A stretch of DNA of 64,000 nucleotides from Escherichia coli (GTDB lineage Bacteria > Pseudomonadota > Gammaproteobacteria > Enterobacterales > Enterobacteriaceae), in the NCBI RefSeq assembly GCF_001677475.2, contig NZ_CP015229.1, one strand, 5' to 3'. The notes below the pieces were generated by a model. That model had not been told where the DNA came from and searched no databases. It saw nothing but the letters and a program-made list of their open reading frames with translations. Positions 1-11,967 of this stretch are shown here, one piece after another (positions within the stretch are counted from its first letter, which is position 1; each line of letters starts with the position of its first letter). The translations under genes were made by a program, and so were the position numbers.

Positions 1-555
1 TTCTTCCCAGGCGGACGCGCCGGAAACCACCAGATTGGGGCGGAATTGCTCCATTTTTACACTGGCCGGACAACGTTGTTGGAGATCACGTAACGAGGCT
101 TCGTTAGCAAGAAGGTAAGGATAGCCATCAGCAAATGACAGGGGTACAGTGTTGTGGCGTTTCACGCGCCGCGTCATTTGTGGCCCCACCCAGCGCAACT
201 GCACTTCGCGGGAGAAAAATCCACTTAGCCATTTGTTGATCGCGTCTGGCGCAATTCGCGCGGTAAAATGTGTGCCCCAAACTTCGGTTGGTGCGTCTTG
301 TGTGGCGAAATCAGCAAAACGAACATATGCGCTACTGCCATCTGGTGCGGTGAGATGCAAGCCATCATGCACAGGTGAAGGAGTAAACCGTACCATCTGG
401 GGAAACTGGCGAGCGGTAATAAACGTACCGTCAGGTTCCGTGATCATAAAGATGCGATCGAAGGCCAGACCACTGACATCTGCCAGGGCATGTGTAAGAC
501 CAATGCCGCGCATCGATTTAACAGGATGAATAAAAAGCCGGGTTAATGTCGCCAC
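1..555 (-). CDS. ycbX: YcbX (2Fe-2S/MOSC domain protein), N-terminal part; gene runs off window start
   Basis: Reverse-strand translation from ~555 gives [20 protein letters not shown]...; divergent from rlmL as in K-12; not in ORF track because it is truncated by the window edge. Confidence 0.8.
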   Translation of the reverse strand, partial: MATLTRLFIHPVKSMRGIGLTHALADVSGLAFDRIFMITEPDGTFITARQFPQMVRFTPSPVHDGLHLTAPDGSSAYVRFADFATQDAPTEVWGTHFTARIAPDAINKWLSGFFSREVQLRWVGPQMTRRVKRHNTVPLSFADGYPYLLANEASLRDLQQRCPASVKMEQFRPNLVVSGASAWEE

Positions 556-798
556 GGTGCGGTCCTCAAATGAAAATAAGCCCTCAACTTTATGACATGA
601 CGCGCTTATTAGCTATAATGCGCAACAATTTTCTTAGCGCCTGTCCCATTAGGCTATTTTATTTGTCAGTTTGGCCCAGGGAAGTGCTCGAAATCCTCAC
701 GTACTTGTGTACGCTCCGGTTTCTCCGCGCTGTCCATGTCCAGACTGACTGCAACAATTACGCCTACTGCGGTAGGCTCTTAGAGTAAAAGTGACGAT

Positions 799-2907
799 AT
801 GAATTCTCTGTTTGCCAGTACGGCCCGTGGGCTGGAAGAGCTGTTAAAAACTGAACTGGAAAACCTGGGGGCCGTTGAATGCCAGGTGGTTCAGGGTGGG
901 GTCCATTTCAAGGGCGACACACGGCTTGTTTACCAGAGCCTGATGTGGAGCCGCCTGGCCTCGCGTATTATGTTGCCGCTGGGCGAGTGTAAGGTTTACA
1001 GCGATTTAGACCTCTATCTCGGTGTTCAGGCGATCAACTGGACAGAGATGTTTAATCCTGGCGCGACCTTCGCTGTCCACTTCAGTGGTTTGAATGACAC
1101 CATCCGCAACAGTCAGTACGGTGCGATGAAAGTGAAAGACGCGATTGTCGATGCTTTCACGCGGAAAAATCTGCCGCGTCCAAATGTTGATCGCGATGCG
1201 CCGGATATCCGCGTTAACGTCTGGCTGCATAAAGAAACTGCCAGTATCGCCCTTGATCTCAGTGGTGATGGTTTACATCTGCGTGGCTATCGCGATCGTG
1301 CTGGTATTGCGCCGATCAAAGAAACCCTGGCAGCCGCGATTGTTATGCGATCCGGCTGGCAGCCAGGAACACCGCTGCTCGATCCGATGTGTGGTTCCGG
1401 TACGTTGCTGATTGAAGCGGCGATGCTGGCGACCGATCGCGCACCAGGCTTGCACCGTGGGCGTTGGGGCTTTAGCGGCTGGGCGCAGCATGATGAAGCT
1501 ATCTGGCAGGAAGTGAAAGCGGAAGCGCAAACTCGCGCCCGCAAAGGCCTGGCTGAGTATAGCTCTCATTTTTACGGTTCGGACAGCGACGCACGGGTGA
1601 TTCAACGTGCGCGCACTAACGCCCGTCTTGCGGGGATTGGTGAACTGATCACCTTTGAGGTGAAAGATGTCGCGCAACTGACCAATCCGCTGCCGAAAGG
1701 GCCGTACGGTACAGTGTTGAGTAACCCGCCATACGGTGAACGTCTGGACAGCGAACCGGCGCTGATTGCGCTGCATAGTCTGCTGGGCCGAATCATGAAA
1801 AACCAGTTCGGTGGCTGGAATCTCTCTTTGTTTAGTGCCTCGCCGGATCTGCTCAGCTGCCTGCAGCTGCGTGCAGACAAACAGTACAAGGCGAAAAACG
1901 GCCCGCTGGACTGCGTACAGAAAAATTACCACGTTGCCGAAAGCACACCAGACAGCAAACCGGCAATGGTAGCGGAAGACTACGCCAACCGCCTGCGTAA
2001 GAACCTCAAAAAATTCGAGAAGTGGGCTCGCCAGGAAGGGATTGAATGTTACCGCCTGTATGACGCCGATCTGCCGGAATATAATGTTGCCGTTGACCGT
2101 TATGCCGACTGGGTGGTGGTGCAGGAGTATGCGCCGCCAAAAACTATTGATGCGCACAAAGCGCGTCAGCGTCTGTTCGATATTATCGCTGCAACCATTT
2201 CGGTACTGGGGATTGCGCCAAACAAACTGGTACTGAAAACCCGCGAACGCCAGAAGGGCAAAAACCAGTACCAGAAACTGGGCGAGAAGGGCGAGTTTCT
2301 TGAAGTTACCGAATATAACGCTCACTTGTGGGTGAACCTGACGGATTATCTCGATACTGGTCTGTTCCTCGATCACCGTATCGCCCGCCGTATGCTCGGT
2401 CAGATGAGCAAAGGCAAAGATTTCCTCAACCTGTTCTCTTATACCGGCAGTGCCACCGTGCATGCGGGATTAGGCGGTGCACGCAGCACCACCACCGTGG
2501 ATATGTCACGTACTTATCTGGAGTGGGCAGAACGCAACCTGCGTCTGAATGGCCTAACCGGGCGTGCGCATCGCCTGATTCAGGCCGATTGCCTGGCGTG
2601 GCTGCGTGAGGCAAATGAACAGTTCGATCTGATCTTTATCGATCCGCCAACCTTCTCTAACTCAAAACGAATGGAAGATGCGTTTGATGTTCAGCGCGAT
2701 CATCTGGCGCTGATGAAAGATTTGAAACGTCTGCTGCGTGCAGGCGGGACGATCATGTTCTCGAACAACAAACGTGGCTTCCGTATGGATCTCGACGGCC
2801 TGGCAAAACTGGGACTGAAAGCACAAGAAATTACGCAAAAAACGCTCTCCCAGGATTTCGCCCGTAACCGCCAGATCCACAACTGCTGGCTGATTACCGC
2901 AGCCTGA
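799..2907 (+). CDS. rlmL: 23S rRNA m2G2445/m7G2069 methyltransferase RlmKL
   Basis: 702 aa ORF, THUMP plus two SAM-MTase regions ([16 protein letters not shown]), K-12 synteny. Confidence 0.93.
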   Translation: MNSLFASTARGLEELLKTELENLGAVECQVVQGGVHFKGDTRLVYQSLMWSRLASRIMLPLGECKVYSDLDLYLGVQAINWTEMFNPGATFAVHFSGLNDTIRNSQYGAMKVKDAIVDAFTRKNLPRPNVDRDAPDIRVNVWLHKETASIALDLSGDGLHLRGYRDRAGIAPIKETLAAAIVMRSGWQPGTPLLDPMCGSGTLLIEAAMLATDRAPGLHRGRWGFSGWAQHDEAIWQEVKAEAQTRARKGLAEYSSHFYGSDSDARVIQRARTNARLAGIGELITFEVKDVAQLTNPLPKGPYGTVLSNPPYGERLDSEPALIALHSLLGRIMKNQFGGWNLSLFSASPDLLSCLQLRADKQYKAKNGPLDCVQKNYHVAESTPDSKPAMVAEDYANRLRKNLKKFEKWARQEGIECYRLYDADLPEYNVAVDRYADWVVVQEYAPPKTIDAHKARQRLFDIIAATISVLGIAPNKLVLKTRERQKGKNQYQKLGEKGEFLEVTEYNAHLWVNLTDYLDTGLFLDHRIARRMLGQMSKGKDFLNLFSYTGSATVHAGLGGARSTTTVDMSRTYLEWAERNLRLNGLTGRAHRLIQADCLAWLREANEQFDLIFIDPPTFSNSKRMEDAFDVQRDHLALMKDLKRLLRAGGTIMFSNNKRGFRMDLDGLAKLGLKAQEITQKTLSQDFARNRQIHNCWLITAA

Positions 2908-2918
2908 AAGGAATAGTA

Positions 2919-4826
2919 ATGTCATTAATCAGTATGCATGGCGCATGGCTGTCGTTCAGCGACGCGCCGCTTCTCGATAACGCAGAACTGCATATCGAAG
3001 ATAACGAACGTGTTTGTCTGGTGGGCCGCAACGGCGCAGGCAAATCGACGTTAATGAAAATCCTCAACCGTGAACAAGGGCTGGATGACGGTCGCATTAT
3101 TTACGAGCAAGATTTGATTGTAGCTCGTCTGCAACAGGATCCGCCGCGTAACGTTGAGGGGAGTGTTTATGATTTCGTTGCCGAAGGCATTGAAGAACAA
3201 GCGGAATACCTGAAACGCTATCACGATATTTCGCGCCTGGTGATGAACGACCCGAGCGAGAAAAATCTCAACGAACTGGCGAAGGTTCAGGAACAGCTGG
3301 ATCACCACAACCTGTGGCAGCTGGAAAACCGCATCAACGAAGTGCTGGCGCAACTGGGGTTAGATCCTAACGTTGCGCTGTCGTCGCTTTCCGGCGGCTG
3401 GTTGCGTAAAGCGGCATTAGGACGCGCGCTGGTGAGCAATCCGCGCGTATTGCTGCTCGACGAACCGACTAACCACCTGGATATCGAAACCATCGACTGG
3501 CTGGAAGGATTCCTTAAAACCTTCAATGGGACGATAATTTTCATCTCCCACGACCGTTCGTTTATCCGCAATATGGCGACGCGCATTGTTGATCTCGATC
3601 GCGGCAAGCTTGTGACCTATCCTGGGAATTACGACCAGTACCTGCTGGAAAAAGAAGAAGCCCTGCGCGTGGAAGAACTACAAAATGCCGAGTTCGATCG
3701 CAAACTGGCGCAGGAAGAGGTGTGGATCCGCCAGGGGATCAAAGCACGCCGTACCCGTAATGAAGGCCGCGTACGCGCCCTGAAAGCAATGCGTCGCGAG
3801 CGTGGCGAACGTCGCGAAGTGATGGGTACCGCAAAGATGCAGGTGGAAGAGGCCAGCCGTTCCGGTAAGATCGTTTTCGAAATGGAAGACGTTTGCTACC
3901 AGGTCGACGGTAAGCAACTGGTGAAAGATTTTTCGGCCCAGGTTCTACGTGGCGACAAAATTGCCCTGATTGGTCCGAATGGATGCGGCAAAACCACGCT
4001 GCTGAAACTGATGCTCGGTCAGCTTCAGGCGGACAGCGGGCGTATTCACGTTGGCACCAAACTGGAAGTGGCTTATTTCGATCAGCACCGTGCGGAACTG
4101 GATCCCGATAAAACGGTGATGGATAACCTTGCTGAAGGTAAGCAAGAGGTGATGGTTAACGGCAAGCCACGCCATGTTTTGGGCTATTTGCAGGACTTCC
4201 TGTTCCATCCGAAACGGGCGATGACGCCGGTACGTGCGCTTTCTGGCGGTGAGCGTAACCGCTTGTTGTTGGCGCGTTTGTTCCTCAAACCAAGCAACTT
4301 ATTGATTCTTGACGAACCGACCAACGATCTTGATGTTGAAACGCTGGAACTGCTGGAAGAACTGATCGACAGCTACCAGGGCACGGTATTGCTGGTGAGC
4401 CACGATCGTCAGTTTGTCGATAACACCGTTACAGAATGCTGGATCTTCGAAGGCGGCGGTAAAATTGGTCGTTATGTCGGCGGTTATCATGATGCCCGTG
4501 GTCAGCAAGAACAGTATGTGGCGCTCAAACAGCCTGCGGTGAAAAAAATCGAAGAAGCCGCCGCGCCAAAAGCAGAAACTGTAAAACGCAGCAGTAGCAA
4601 ACTAAGCTATAAATTGCAGCGCGAACTGGAGCAGCTACCGCAATTGCTCGAAGATCTGGAGGCGAAGCTGGAAGCCCTACAGACGCAGGTGGCGGATGCT
4701 TCCTTCTTCAGTCAGCCGCATGAGCAGACACAAAAAGTGCTCGCTGATATGGCTGCTGCAGAGCAGGAGCTGGAGCAAGCCTTTGAACGCTGGGAGTATC
4801 TTGAAGCGTTAAAAAATGGTGGCTGA
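2919..4826 (+). CDS. uup: ABC-F family ATPase Uup
   Basis: 635 aa, two ABC cassettes (GRNGAGKST / GPNGCGKTT, LSGGE signatures), C-terminal coiled coil. Confidence 0.93.
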   Translation: MSLISMHGAWLSFSDAPLLDNAELHIEDNERVCLVGRNGAGKSTLMKILNREQGLDDGRIIYEQDLIVARLQQDPPRNVEGSVYDFVAEGIEEQAEYLKRYHDISRLVMNDPSEKNLNELAKVQEQLDHHNLWQLENRINEVLAQLGLDPNVALSSLSGGWLRKAALGRALVSNPRVLLLDEPTNHLDIETIDWLEGFLKTFNGTIIFISHDRSFIRNMATRIVDLDRGKLVTYPGNYDQYLLEKEEALRVEELQNAEFDRKLAQEEVWIRQGIKARRTRNEGRVRALKAMRRERGERREVMGTAKMQVEEASRSGKIVFEMEDVCYQVDGKQLVKDFSAQVLRGDKIALIGPNGCGKTTLLKLMLGQLQADSGRIHVGTKLEVAYFDQHRAELDPDKTVMDNLAEGKQEVMVNGKPRHVLGYLQDFLFHPKRAMTPVRALSGGERNRLLLARLFLKPSNLLILDEPTNDLDVETLELLEELIDSYQGTVLLVSHDRQFVDNTVTECWIFEGGGKIGRYVGGYHDARGQQEQYVALKQPAVKKIEEAAAPKAETVKRSSSKLSYKLQRELEQLPQLLEDLEAKLEALQTQVADASFFSQPHEQTQKVLADMAAAEQELEQAFERWEYLEALKNGG

Positions 4827-4955
4827 TCGCAAAATAGTCGATTTAAACAGAGACAGCTGACAACGGTAAAATTGCCTGATGAATTGGGTTTATCAGGCAT
4901 GAAAACCAACACTTTGTTCGTCATCTGTAAAATAGCGCATCATTAAGGAGTACCA

Positions 4956-6209
4956 ATGTGCGAACATCATCATGCCGCGAAGCACATCCTGTGCTCGCAG
5001 TGTGACATGCTGGTGGCGTTACCGCGCCTTGAGCATGGTCAGAAAGCGGCATGTCCCCGGTGTGGCACAACGTTAACCGTGGCGTGGGATGCCCCTCGGC
5101 AGCGTCCCACCGCCTATGCGTTGGCTGCACTGTTCATGCTGTTGCTGTCCAACTTGTTTCCTTTTGTGAATATGAACGTTGCAGGAGTTACCAGTGAAAT
5201 TACATTACTGGAAATTCCCGGCGTGCTTTTTTCTGAGGACTACGCCAGCCTCGGCACCTTTTTCCTGTTGTTTGTGCAACTGGTTCCCGCGTTTTGTCTG
5301 ATAACCATTCTGTTACTGGTGAATCGCGCGGAATTACCGGTCCGTTTAAAAGAGCAACTGGCACGGGTGCTTTTTCAACTCAAAACCTGGGGAATGGCGG
5401 AGATTTTCCTTGCGGGTGTGCTGGTCAGTTTCGTTAAACTGATGGCCTACGGCAGCATTGGTGTCGGCAGCAGCTTTCTCCCCTGGTGTTTATTTTGTGT
5501 CCTGCAACTGCGCGCCTTTCAGTGCGTTGATCGTCGCTGGTTGTGGGACGATATCGCCCCGATGCCAGAACTGCGCCAGCCGCTAAAACCTGGCGTCACG
5601 GGGATACGTCAGGGGCTGCGTTCTTGCTCCTGTTGTACGGCAATCCTTCCTGCTGATGAACCCGTATGCCCGCGCTGTGGTACTAAAGGGTACGTTCGGC
5701 GTAGAAACAGCCTGCAATGGACACTCGCGCTGCTTGTAACGTCCATCATGCTGTATCTTCCGGCTAATATTTTGCCCATCATGGTGACGGATTTATTAGG
5801 CTCGAAGATGCCATCGACGATTCTCGCTGGGGTCATCCTGTTATGGAGCGAAGGATCTTATCCCGTCGCTGCGGTTATCTTTCTGGCCAGTATTATGGTG
5901 CCAACGTTAAAGATGATCGCCATAGCGTGGTTGTGTTGGGATGCCAAAGGGCATGGCAAGCGCGACAGTGAAAGAATGCATTTGATTTATGAAGTTGTTG
6001 AGTTTGTAGGCCGCTGGTCGATGATTGACGTTTTCGTTATCGCGGTGCTCTCGGCGCTGGTGCGTATGGGAGGTTTAATGAGTATTTATCCGGCAATGGG
6101 TGCATTAATGTTTGCTTTAGTCGTCATAATGACAATGTTTTCTGCTATGACGTTTGACCCGCGTTTGTCGTGGGATCGTCAACCTGAATCAGAGCATGAG
6201 GAGTCCTGA
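4956..6209 (+). CDS. pqiA: Paraquat-inducible membrane protein A
   Basis: 417 aa, N-terminal Cys clusters, polytopic membrane protein, followed by pqiB and pqiC. Confidence 0.9.
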   Translation: MCEHHHAAKHILCSQCDMLVALPRLEHGQKAACPRCGTTLTVAWDAPRQRPTAYALAALFMLLLSNLFPFVNMNVAGVTSEITLLEIPGVLFSEDYASLGTFFLLFVQLVPAFCLITILLLVNRAELPVRLKEQLARVLFQLKTWGMAEIFLAGVLVSFVKLMAYGSIGVGSSFLPWCLFCVLQLRAFQCVDRRWLWDDIAPMPELRQPLKPGVTGIRQGLRSCSCCTAILPADEPVCPRCGTKGYVRRRNSLQWTLALLVTSIMLYLPANILPIMVTDLLGSKMPSTILAGVILLWSEGSYPVAAVIFLASIMVPTLKMIAIAWLCWDAKGHGKRDSERMHLIYEVVEFVGRWSMIDVFVIAVLSALVRMGGLMSIYPAMGALMFALVVIMTMFSAMTFDPRLSWDRQPESEHEES

Positions 6210-6213
6210 CAGT

Positions 6214-7854
6214 ATGGAATCTAATAATGGGGAAGCCAAAATCCAGAAAGTGAAGAACTGGTCTCCCGTGTGGATATTTCCTATCGTCACGGCGCTCATT
6301 GGGGCCTGGGTTCTTTTTTATCATTACAGCCATCAGGGGCCGGAAGTGACCCTGATCACCGCGAATGCGGAAGGAATAGAAGGTGGTAAAACCACCATTA
6401 AAAGCCGTAGCGTTGACGTCGGCGTGGTTGAAAGCGCCACACTGGCTGATGATTTGACGCACGTTGAAATCAAAGCGCGGCTGAATTCCGGTATGGAAAA
6501 ATTGCTGCATAAAGATACCGTCTTTTGGGTGGTGAAACCGCAGATTGGTCGAGAAGGGATTAGCGGCCTGGGAACTCTGCTGTCTGGTGTTTATATCGAA
6601 CTGCAGCCAGGCGCGAAAGGCAGCAAAATGGATAAATACGATTTGCTGGACTCACCACCGTTGGCCCCGCCTGATGCGAAAGGTATCCGTGTGATTCTCG
6701 ATAGCAAAAAAGCCGGGCAGCTCTCGCCAGGAGATCCCGTGCTGTTCCGTGGCTATCGGGTAGGTTCGGTTGAAACCAGCACCTTCGATACGCAAAAACG
6801 CAATATCAGCTATCAACTGTTCATCAATGCACCTTATGACCGACTGGTGACCAGCAATGTTCGCTTCTGGAAAGATAGTGGCATTGCGGTTGATTTGACG
6901 TCAGCGGGAATGCGTGTGGAGATGGGCTCATTGACAACGCTGCTTAGTGGCGGTGTCAGCTTTGATGTGCCGGAAGGTCTGGATTTAGGGCAGCCAGTGG
7001 CACCGAAAACAGCTTTCGTTTTGTATGATGATCAGAAGAGCATTCAGGATTCGTTGTATACCGATCACATTGATTATCTGATGTTCTTTAAAGATTCGGT
7101 ACGCGGTCTGCAACCGGGAGCTCCGGTAGAATTCCGGGGTATTCGCCTGGGTACCGTAAGCAAAGTGCCATTCTTTGCGCCGAATATGCGTCAGACATTT
7201 AACGATGATTACCGTATTCCGGTACTGATTCGTATCGAGCCAGAGCGGCTGAAAATGCAGCTTGGCGAAAATGCGGATGTTGTTGAGCACCTTGGCGAAT
7301 TGTTGAAACGTGGTTTACGCGGATCGCTGAAAACCGGAAACCTGGTCACTGGCGCACTGTATGTTGATCTCGATTTCTATCCAAATACGCCTGCAATAAC
7401 CGGTATTCGTGAATTTAATGGTTATCAGATTATCCCGACCGTTAGCGGCGGTCTGGCGCAAATCCAGCAACGACTGATGGAAGCGTTAGATAAGATCAAC
7501 AAACTGCCATTGAATCCGATGATTGAACAGGCAACCAGTACGCTTTCTGAAAGTCAGCGCACAATGAAAAACCTGCAAACGACGCTGGATAGCATGAACA
7601 AGATCCTCGCCAGCCAGTCGATGCAGCAGTTACCGACGGATATGCAGTCAACGTTGCGTGAATTGAATCGCAGTATGCAGGGCTTCCAGCCTGGCTCCGC
7701 AGCCTACAACAAGATGGTGGCGGATATGCAGCGACTTGATCAGGTGTTGCGAGAACTGCAACCGGTGCTGAAAACGCTCAACGAGAAGAGTAACGCGCTG
7801 GTATTTGAAGCGAAGGACAAAAAAGATCCAGAGCCGAAGAGGGCTAAACAATGA
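6214..7854 (+). CDS. pqiB: MCE-domain lipid transport protein PqiB
   Basis: ORF 6154-7854; likely start at ATG 6214 (MESNNGEAKIQ...), 546 aa. Confidence 0.9.
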   Translation: MESNNGEAKIQKVKNWSPVWIFPIVTALIGAWVLFYHYSHQGPEVTLITANAEGIEGGKTTIKSRSVDVGVVESATLADDLTHVEIKARLNSGMEKLLHKDTVFWVVKPQIGREGISGLGTLLSGVYIELQPGAKGSKMDKYDLLDSPPLAPPDAKGIRVILDSKKAGQLSPGDPVLFRGYRVGSVETSTFDTQKRNISYQLFINAPYDRLVTSNVRFWKDSGIAVDLTSAGMRVEMGSLTTLLSGGVSFDVPEGLDLGQPVAPKTAFVLYDDQKSIQDSLYTDHIDYLMFFKDSVRGLQPGAPVEFRGIRLGTVSKVPFFAPNMRQTFNDDYRIPVLIRIEPERLKMQLGENADVVEHLGELLKRGLRGSLKTGNLVTGALYVDLDFYPNTPAITGIREFNGYQIIPTVSGGLAQIQQRLMEALDKINKLPLNPMIEQATSTLSESQRTMKNLQTTLDSMNKILASQSMQQLPTDMQSTLRELNRSMQGFQPGSAAYNKMVADMQRLDQVLRELQPVLKTLNEKSNALVFEAKDKKDPEPKRAKQ

Positions 7855-8414
7855 AAAAGTGGCTAGTGACAATTGCAGCACTGTGGCTGGCCGGATGCAG
7901 CTCCGGCGAAATTAATAAAAACTATTACCAGTTACCTGTGGTGCAGAGCGGTACACAAAGTACCGCCAGCCAGGGCAATCGCCTGTTATGGGTAGAGCAG
8001 GTCGCTGTACCTGACTATCTGGCGGGGAATGGTGTGGTTTATCAAACCAGTGATGTGAAGTATGTGATTGCCAACAACAACTTGTGGGCCAGCCCGTTGG
8101 ATCAACAGTTGCGCAACACCCTGGTAGCCAACCTGAGCACGCAACTGCCCGGCTGGGTGGTTGCCTCCCAGCCTCTGGGAAGCGCCCAGGATACGCTCAA
8201 TGTTACCGTAACGGAGTTTAACGGGCGCTATGATGGCAAGGTCATTGTCAGTGGTGAGTGGTTGTTGAACCACCAGGGACAACTGATCAAACGTCCGTTC
8301 CGTCTGGAAGGGGTGCAAACTCAGGATGGTTACGATGAAATGGTTAAAGTGCTGGCCAGTGTCTGGAGTCAGGAAGCCGCTTCTATTGCGCAAGAGATAA
8401 AGCGTCTACCGTAA
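7851..8414 (+). CDS. pqiC: Lipoprotein PqiC (YmbA)
   Basis: 187 aa, lipobox LAGCSS, overlaps pqiB stop. Confidence 0.88.
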   Translation: MKKWLVTIAALWLAGCSSGEINKNYYQLPVVQSGTQSTASQGNRLLWVEQVAVPDYLAGNGVVYQTSDVKYVIANNNLWASPLDQQLRNTLVANLSTQLPGWVVASQPLGSAQDTLNVTVTEFNGRYDGKVIVSGEWLLNHQGQLIKRPFRLEGVQTQDGYDEMVKVLASVWSQEAASIAQEIKRLP

Positions 8415-8669
8415 TCATAAAGATTTGTAAATATAACCGTCTCCGGTATGTTGCCTGAGGCGGTTTTTTTGTTTCTAACTTGCGGAAAAAGTTGTTCCTC
8501 TTCACATTTTTTGTACAACCGACATGCCCGTGTAGCTCACAAATATGACAGTGGCGTGAATTTTGCGCATTGACGGCAGTTATGATTCGCGGTATTGCTT
8601 AACTGTGATTGCACATTTAGTAATCACTGTTTTCTTTTCCACCAGAAACCAGTATGAGGGAAACGAGGC

Positions 8670-8837
8670 ATGAAGAGACAAAAACGAGATCGCCTGGAAC
8701 GGGCACATCAACGTGGTTATCAGGCCGGCATCGCCGGACGCTCAAAAGAAATGTGTCCCTATCAGACGCTGAATCAAAGGTCACAATGGCTGGGAGGCTG
8801 GCGAGAAGCCATGGCGGACAGGGTAGTAATGGCCTGA
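8670..8837 (+). CDS. rmf: Ribosome modulation factor
   Basis: 55-aa ORF MKRQKRDRLERAHQRGYQAGIAGRSKEMCPYQTLNQRSQWLGGWREAMADRVVMA; below the 60-aa track threshold. Confidence 0.9.
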   Translation: MKRQKRDRLERAHQRGYQAGIAGRSKEMCPYQTLNQRSQWLGGWREAMADRVVMA

Positions 8838-8854
8838 TTCTGTCTCTTTAAAAA

Positions 8855-8887
8855 GAAACCTCCGCATTGCGGAGGTTTCGCCTTTTG
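8855..8887. terminator. Hairpin terminator between convergent rmf and fabA
   Basis: aaacctccgcattgcggaggttt stem-loop followed by T-run. Confidence 0.7.
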
Positions 8888-8906
8888 ATACTCTGTCTGA
8901 TTATAA

Positions 8907-9425
8907 TCAGAAGGCAGACGTATCCTGGAACAGACCGACTTTCAGGTCGCTGGCGGTATAGATCAGACGACCATCAACCAACACTTCGCCATCTGCCAGA
9001 CCCATAATCAGACGACGATTAACAATGCGTTTAAAGTGAATACGGTAGGTCACTTTTTTCGCTGTCGGCAGTACCTGACCAGTGAATTTCACTTCGCCAA
9101 CGCCCAGCGCGCGGCCTTTACCTTCGCCGCCCAGCCAGCCGAGGTAGAACCCTACCAGCTGCCACATTGCATCCAGGCCCAGGCATCCCGGCATAACCGG
9201 ATCGCCAATGAAGTGGCATCCGAAGAACCACAGATCCGGATTGATATCCAGTTCTGCTTCAACATACCCTTTGTCGAAGTTACCACCCGTTTCGGTCATT
9301 TTGACCACACGGTCCATCATCAGCATGTTCGGTGCTGGCAATTGCGGGCCTTTAGCGCCAAACAGTTCACCGCGACCAGAGGCAAGAAGGTCTTCTTTTG
9401 TATAGGATTCGCGTTTATCTACCAT
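8907..9425 (-). CDS. fabA: 3-hydroxydecanoyl-ACP dehydratase/isomerase FabA
   Basis: ORF 8907-9623; real start at [14 protein letters not shown] (172 aa). Confidence 0.93.
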
Positions 9426-9493
9426 GTTCTCTGTAAGCCTTATTTTATTGAAGCACGCAGGATAGCTAACACGTGTACGCTGAACAAGTCCGA

Positions 9494-11254
9494 TCAGTTC
9501 GGAATAAACCAGTTCAGCCAACGTAATGGCCATGGAAAACGGTGACGTCCTTCCTGTTGCGATGCTTGCGCGATACGTTCCTGGATGGTTTGCATCAGCG
9601 TCGTTTGGCCTTCGCCATCCCACACCAGATTTAATAATAACGGCAGTGCGTCAGTCACATCGTCTACTGCCCAGATGGTGAATTTGCCTTCTTCTACCGC
9701 TTTCACCAGTTCACTGTGAAGACTTAAATGGCGAACGTTAGCTGTGGGGATAATGACACCTTGTTTCCCGGTTAACTCACGTTGCTGGCAAATAGCAAAG
9801 AAGCCTTCGATTTTCTCATTTAAACCACCGACCGGCTGGGCGCGACCGAACTGATCGACTGAACCTGTGATAGCGATACTCTGATTCACCGGCACATCGG
9901 CGAGGGCGCTTATCAGGGCGCAGAGTTCAGCCATCGAGGCACTATCGCCATCCACTTCACTGTATGACTGCTCAAATGTCAGCGATGCTGAGAAGGGGAT
10001 CTGTTGCTCAAGCTGTAGTTCCGACATCAGGAACGCCTGCATGATCATCATCCCTTTCGCATGGATATTGCCGCCAAGCTCCGCTTTGCGTTCGATGTCG
10101 GTGAATTCACCATCGCCAATATGCACAACGCAGCTAATGCGAGAAGGTTCGCCAAAAGCGCGTGGATGACCCGGAAATTCAATGACCGAAAGGGCGTTAA
10201 TTTGCCCGATGCGTTCGCCTTCGGTTTCAATCAGGATTTGCTCCTGAAGGATCTCATCCTGCATGCGTTCAGCGAGGAAACCTTCACGCCATTCACGCTG
10301 CTGCAGCATTAAGTTTAGCTGCTCGCCGGAGAAGGTGTCGCCATCGCACAGGGAGGCGACCTCTTTACACTGGCGGAGGATCCACTGCGGGCTAAGCGGA
10401 AGTGTTTCTTGTTCACCGGTGTAGCGGGCTGCTTCGCGGATAAGTACCGGCCAGGCATCCGCTCCCGGTGCAGGTAAGTGATTATGTCTTGCGGTCAATG
10501 TTACCCAGCGACACCACTGACTTACTGACTCCGCATCGACAATCTGCAGAGTATCTTCAAATTCGCTATAAATAGCCTGCTCTGAAAGCTCTGGTTCCAT
10601 CTCCTGGAAATCAGCCAATGATTCGCGTTCGCCTACCAGAATGACTTTCAGCTTCAATGGCATCGAAGGCACAGAGACGGGGAGAGGGCGCGACTCATCA
10701 AACGCAACCCAGTCAAAACGCTCGCGGTTAACGATATTTTTCAGCCGCATCCACAGCAGAGGTTGCGCCAGCAGTGTACGCAAAGAGATGATGAGAATAC
10801 CGCCATTTGCCTGATGCACCAGACCTGGCTGCAGGGTAATGTCGCCATTAAACTGGCGCAGGCAGCCAAAGAGTTGTTCCGCTTCTACCCAGTCGGCAGC
10901 GACAACTTGCGTTAAAGTCGCAAAATTATCATCTGCACTCACTGCGTTACGTAAGCGGATGGTGTGCCCGGAAACCTCATAGTGACCGCCCACCAGTTGG
11001 CCTGCATCGCTTTGTAGCGCACGCGCGGCATCGGCAATAAGATTCAGATACTCAGACTCTTCCGGGGCCTTCGCCAGCATAAAAGAGGAGGATGCTCGCG
11101 TATGCAGCAGCTGCTCCAGCGCAAATTGCAGCCGCGGTTGAGTATCACTGAATAAAGGATCGTTTTCGTCAATCAAATGTGGCTGAGCAAATATTTCCTG
11201 ATAGCTATCGGTATCAGGAACCAGGTCACGCCATGCAAGTTTCGTAATGGTCAA
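9494..11254 (-). CDS. ycbZ: Lon-like protease YcbZ
   Basis: 586 aa, Lon C-terminal proteolytic-domain-like region, K-12 synteny. Confidence 0.88.
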
Positions 11255-11439
11255 AGTTGATGTTTTTTAGTCTGTTGTCAAAGCCGCGATTATACCGTAA
11301 CCGGCACTGCAGCACACGTATAAAGCACCGACAATACTCCTGGCATGGGCGTTAAAGCTCACAGGATGGAGATTCTTTTCTTCACTGGCCTAAAAAGCTG
11401 ATATTCTGTAAAGAGTTACACGGTAACATTGAGATCGCT

Positions 11440-11892
11440 ATGAAATATCAACAACTTGAAAATCTTGAAAGCGGTTGGAAATGGAAGTATCTGGTGAAGA
11501 AGCATCGCGAAGGGGAGTTAATCACCCGTTACATAGAAGCCAGTGCCGCCCAGGAAGCCGTCGATGTGTTGCTCTCGCTGGAAAATGAACCCGTGCTGGT
11601 CAATGGCTGGATTGACAAGCATATGAATCCGGAACTGGTCAATCGCATGAAGCAAACCATTCGGGCCAGACGGAAGCGCCATTTTAATGCGGAACACCAG
11701 CATACGCGCAAAAAATCGATCGATCTGGAATTTATTGTCTGGCAACGTCTGGCTGGTCTTGCGCAGCGTCGCGGTAAAACGCTTTCTGAAACGATTGTTC
11801 AGCTGATTGAAGATGCGGAAAACAAAGAGAAATACGCGAATAAAATGTCTTCTTTGAAGCAGGATCTGCAGGCATTGCTGGGTAAGGAATAA
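11440..11892 (+). CDS. matP: Macrodomain Ter protein MatP
   Basis: 150 aa [26 protein letters not shown]... Confidence 0.93.
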
Positions 11893-11923
11893 CTGACGAA
11901 AGTCAGTTCAATTTTCTAAAGAC

Positions 11924-11953
11924 GAAAAAAAACCCCGCAGCAGCGGGGTTTTT
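11924..11953. terminator. Bidirectional terminator between matP and ompA
   Basis: aaaaaaaaccccgcagcagcggggtttttt. Confidence 0.75.
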
Positions 11954-11967
11954 TACCAGACGAGAAC

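Noticed and set aside
1273-2463. 396-aa minus-strand ORF antisense to rlmL, and similar long antisense ORFs in uup, yccS, helD and the portal (63064-63900)
   Set aside because: Antisense frames of well-supported genes; low-complexity, Arg/Cys-rich translations
8654-8851. 65-aa plus-strand ORF from the track (MRETRHEETKTR...)
   Set aside because: It is in a different frame overlapping the real 55-aa rmf gene (8670-8837), which is below the track length cutoff
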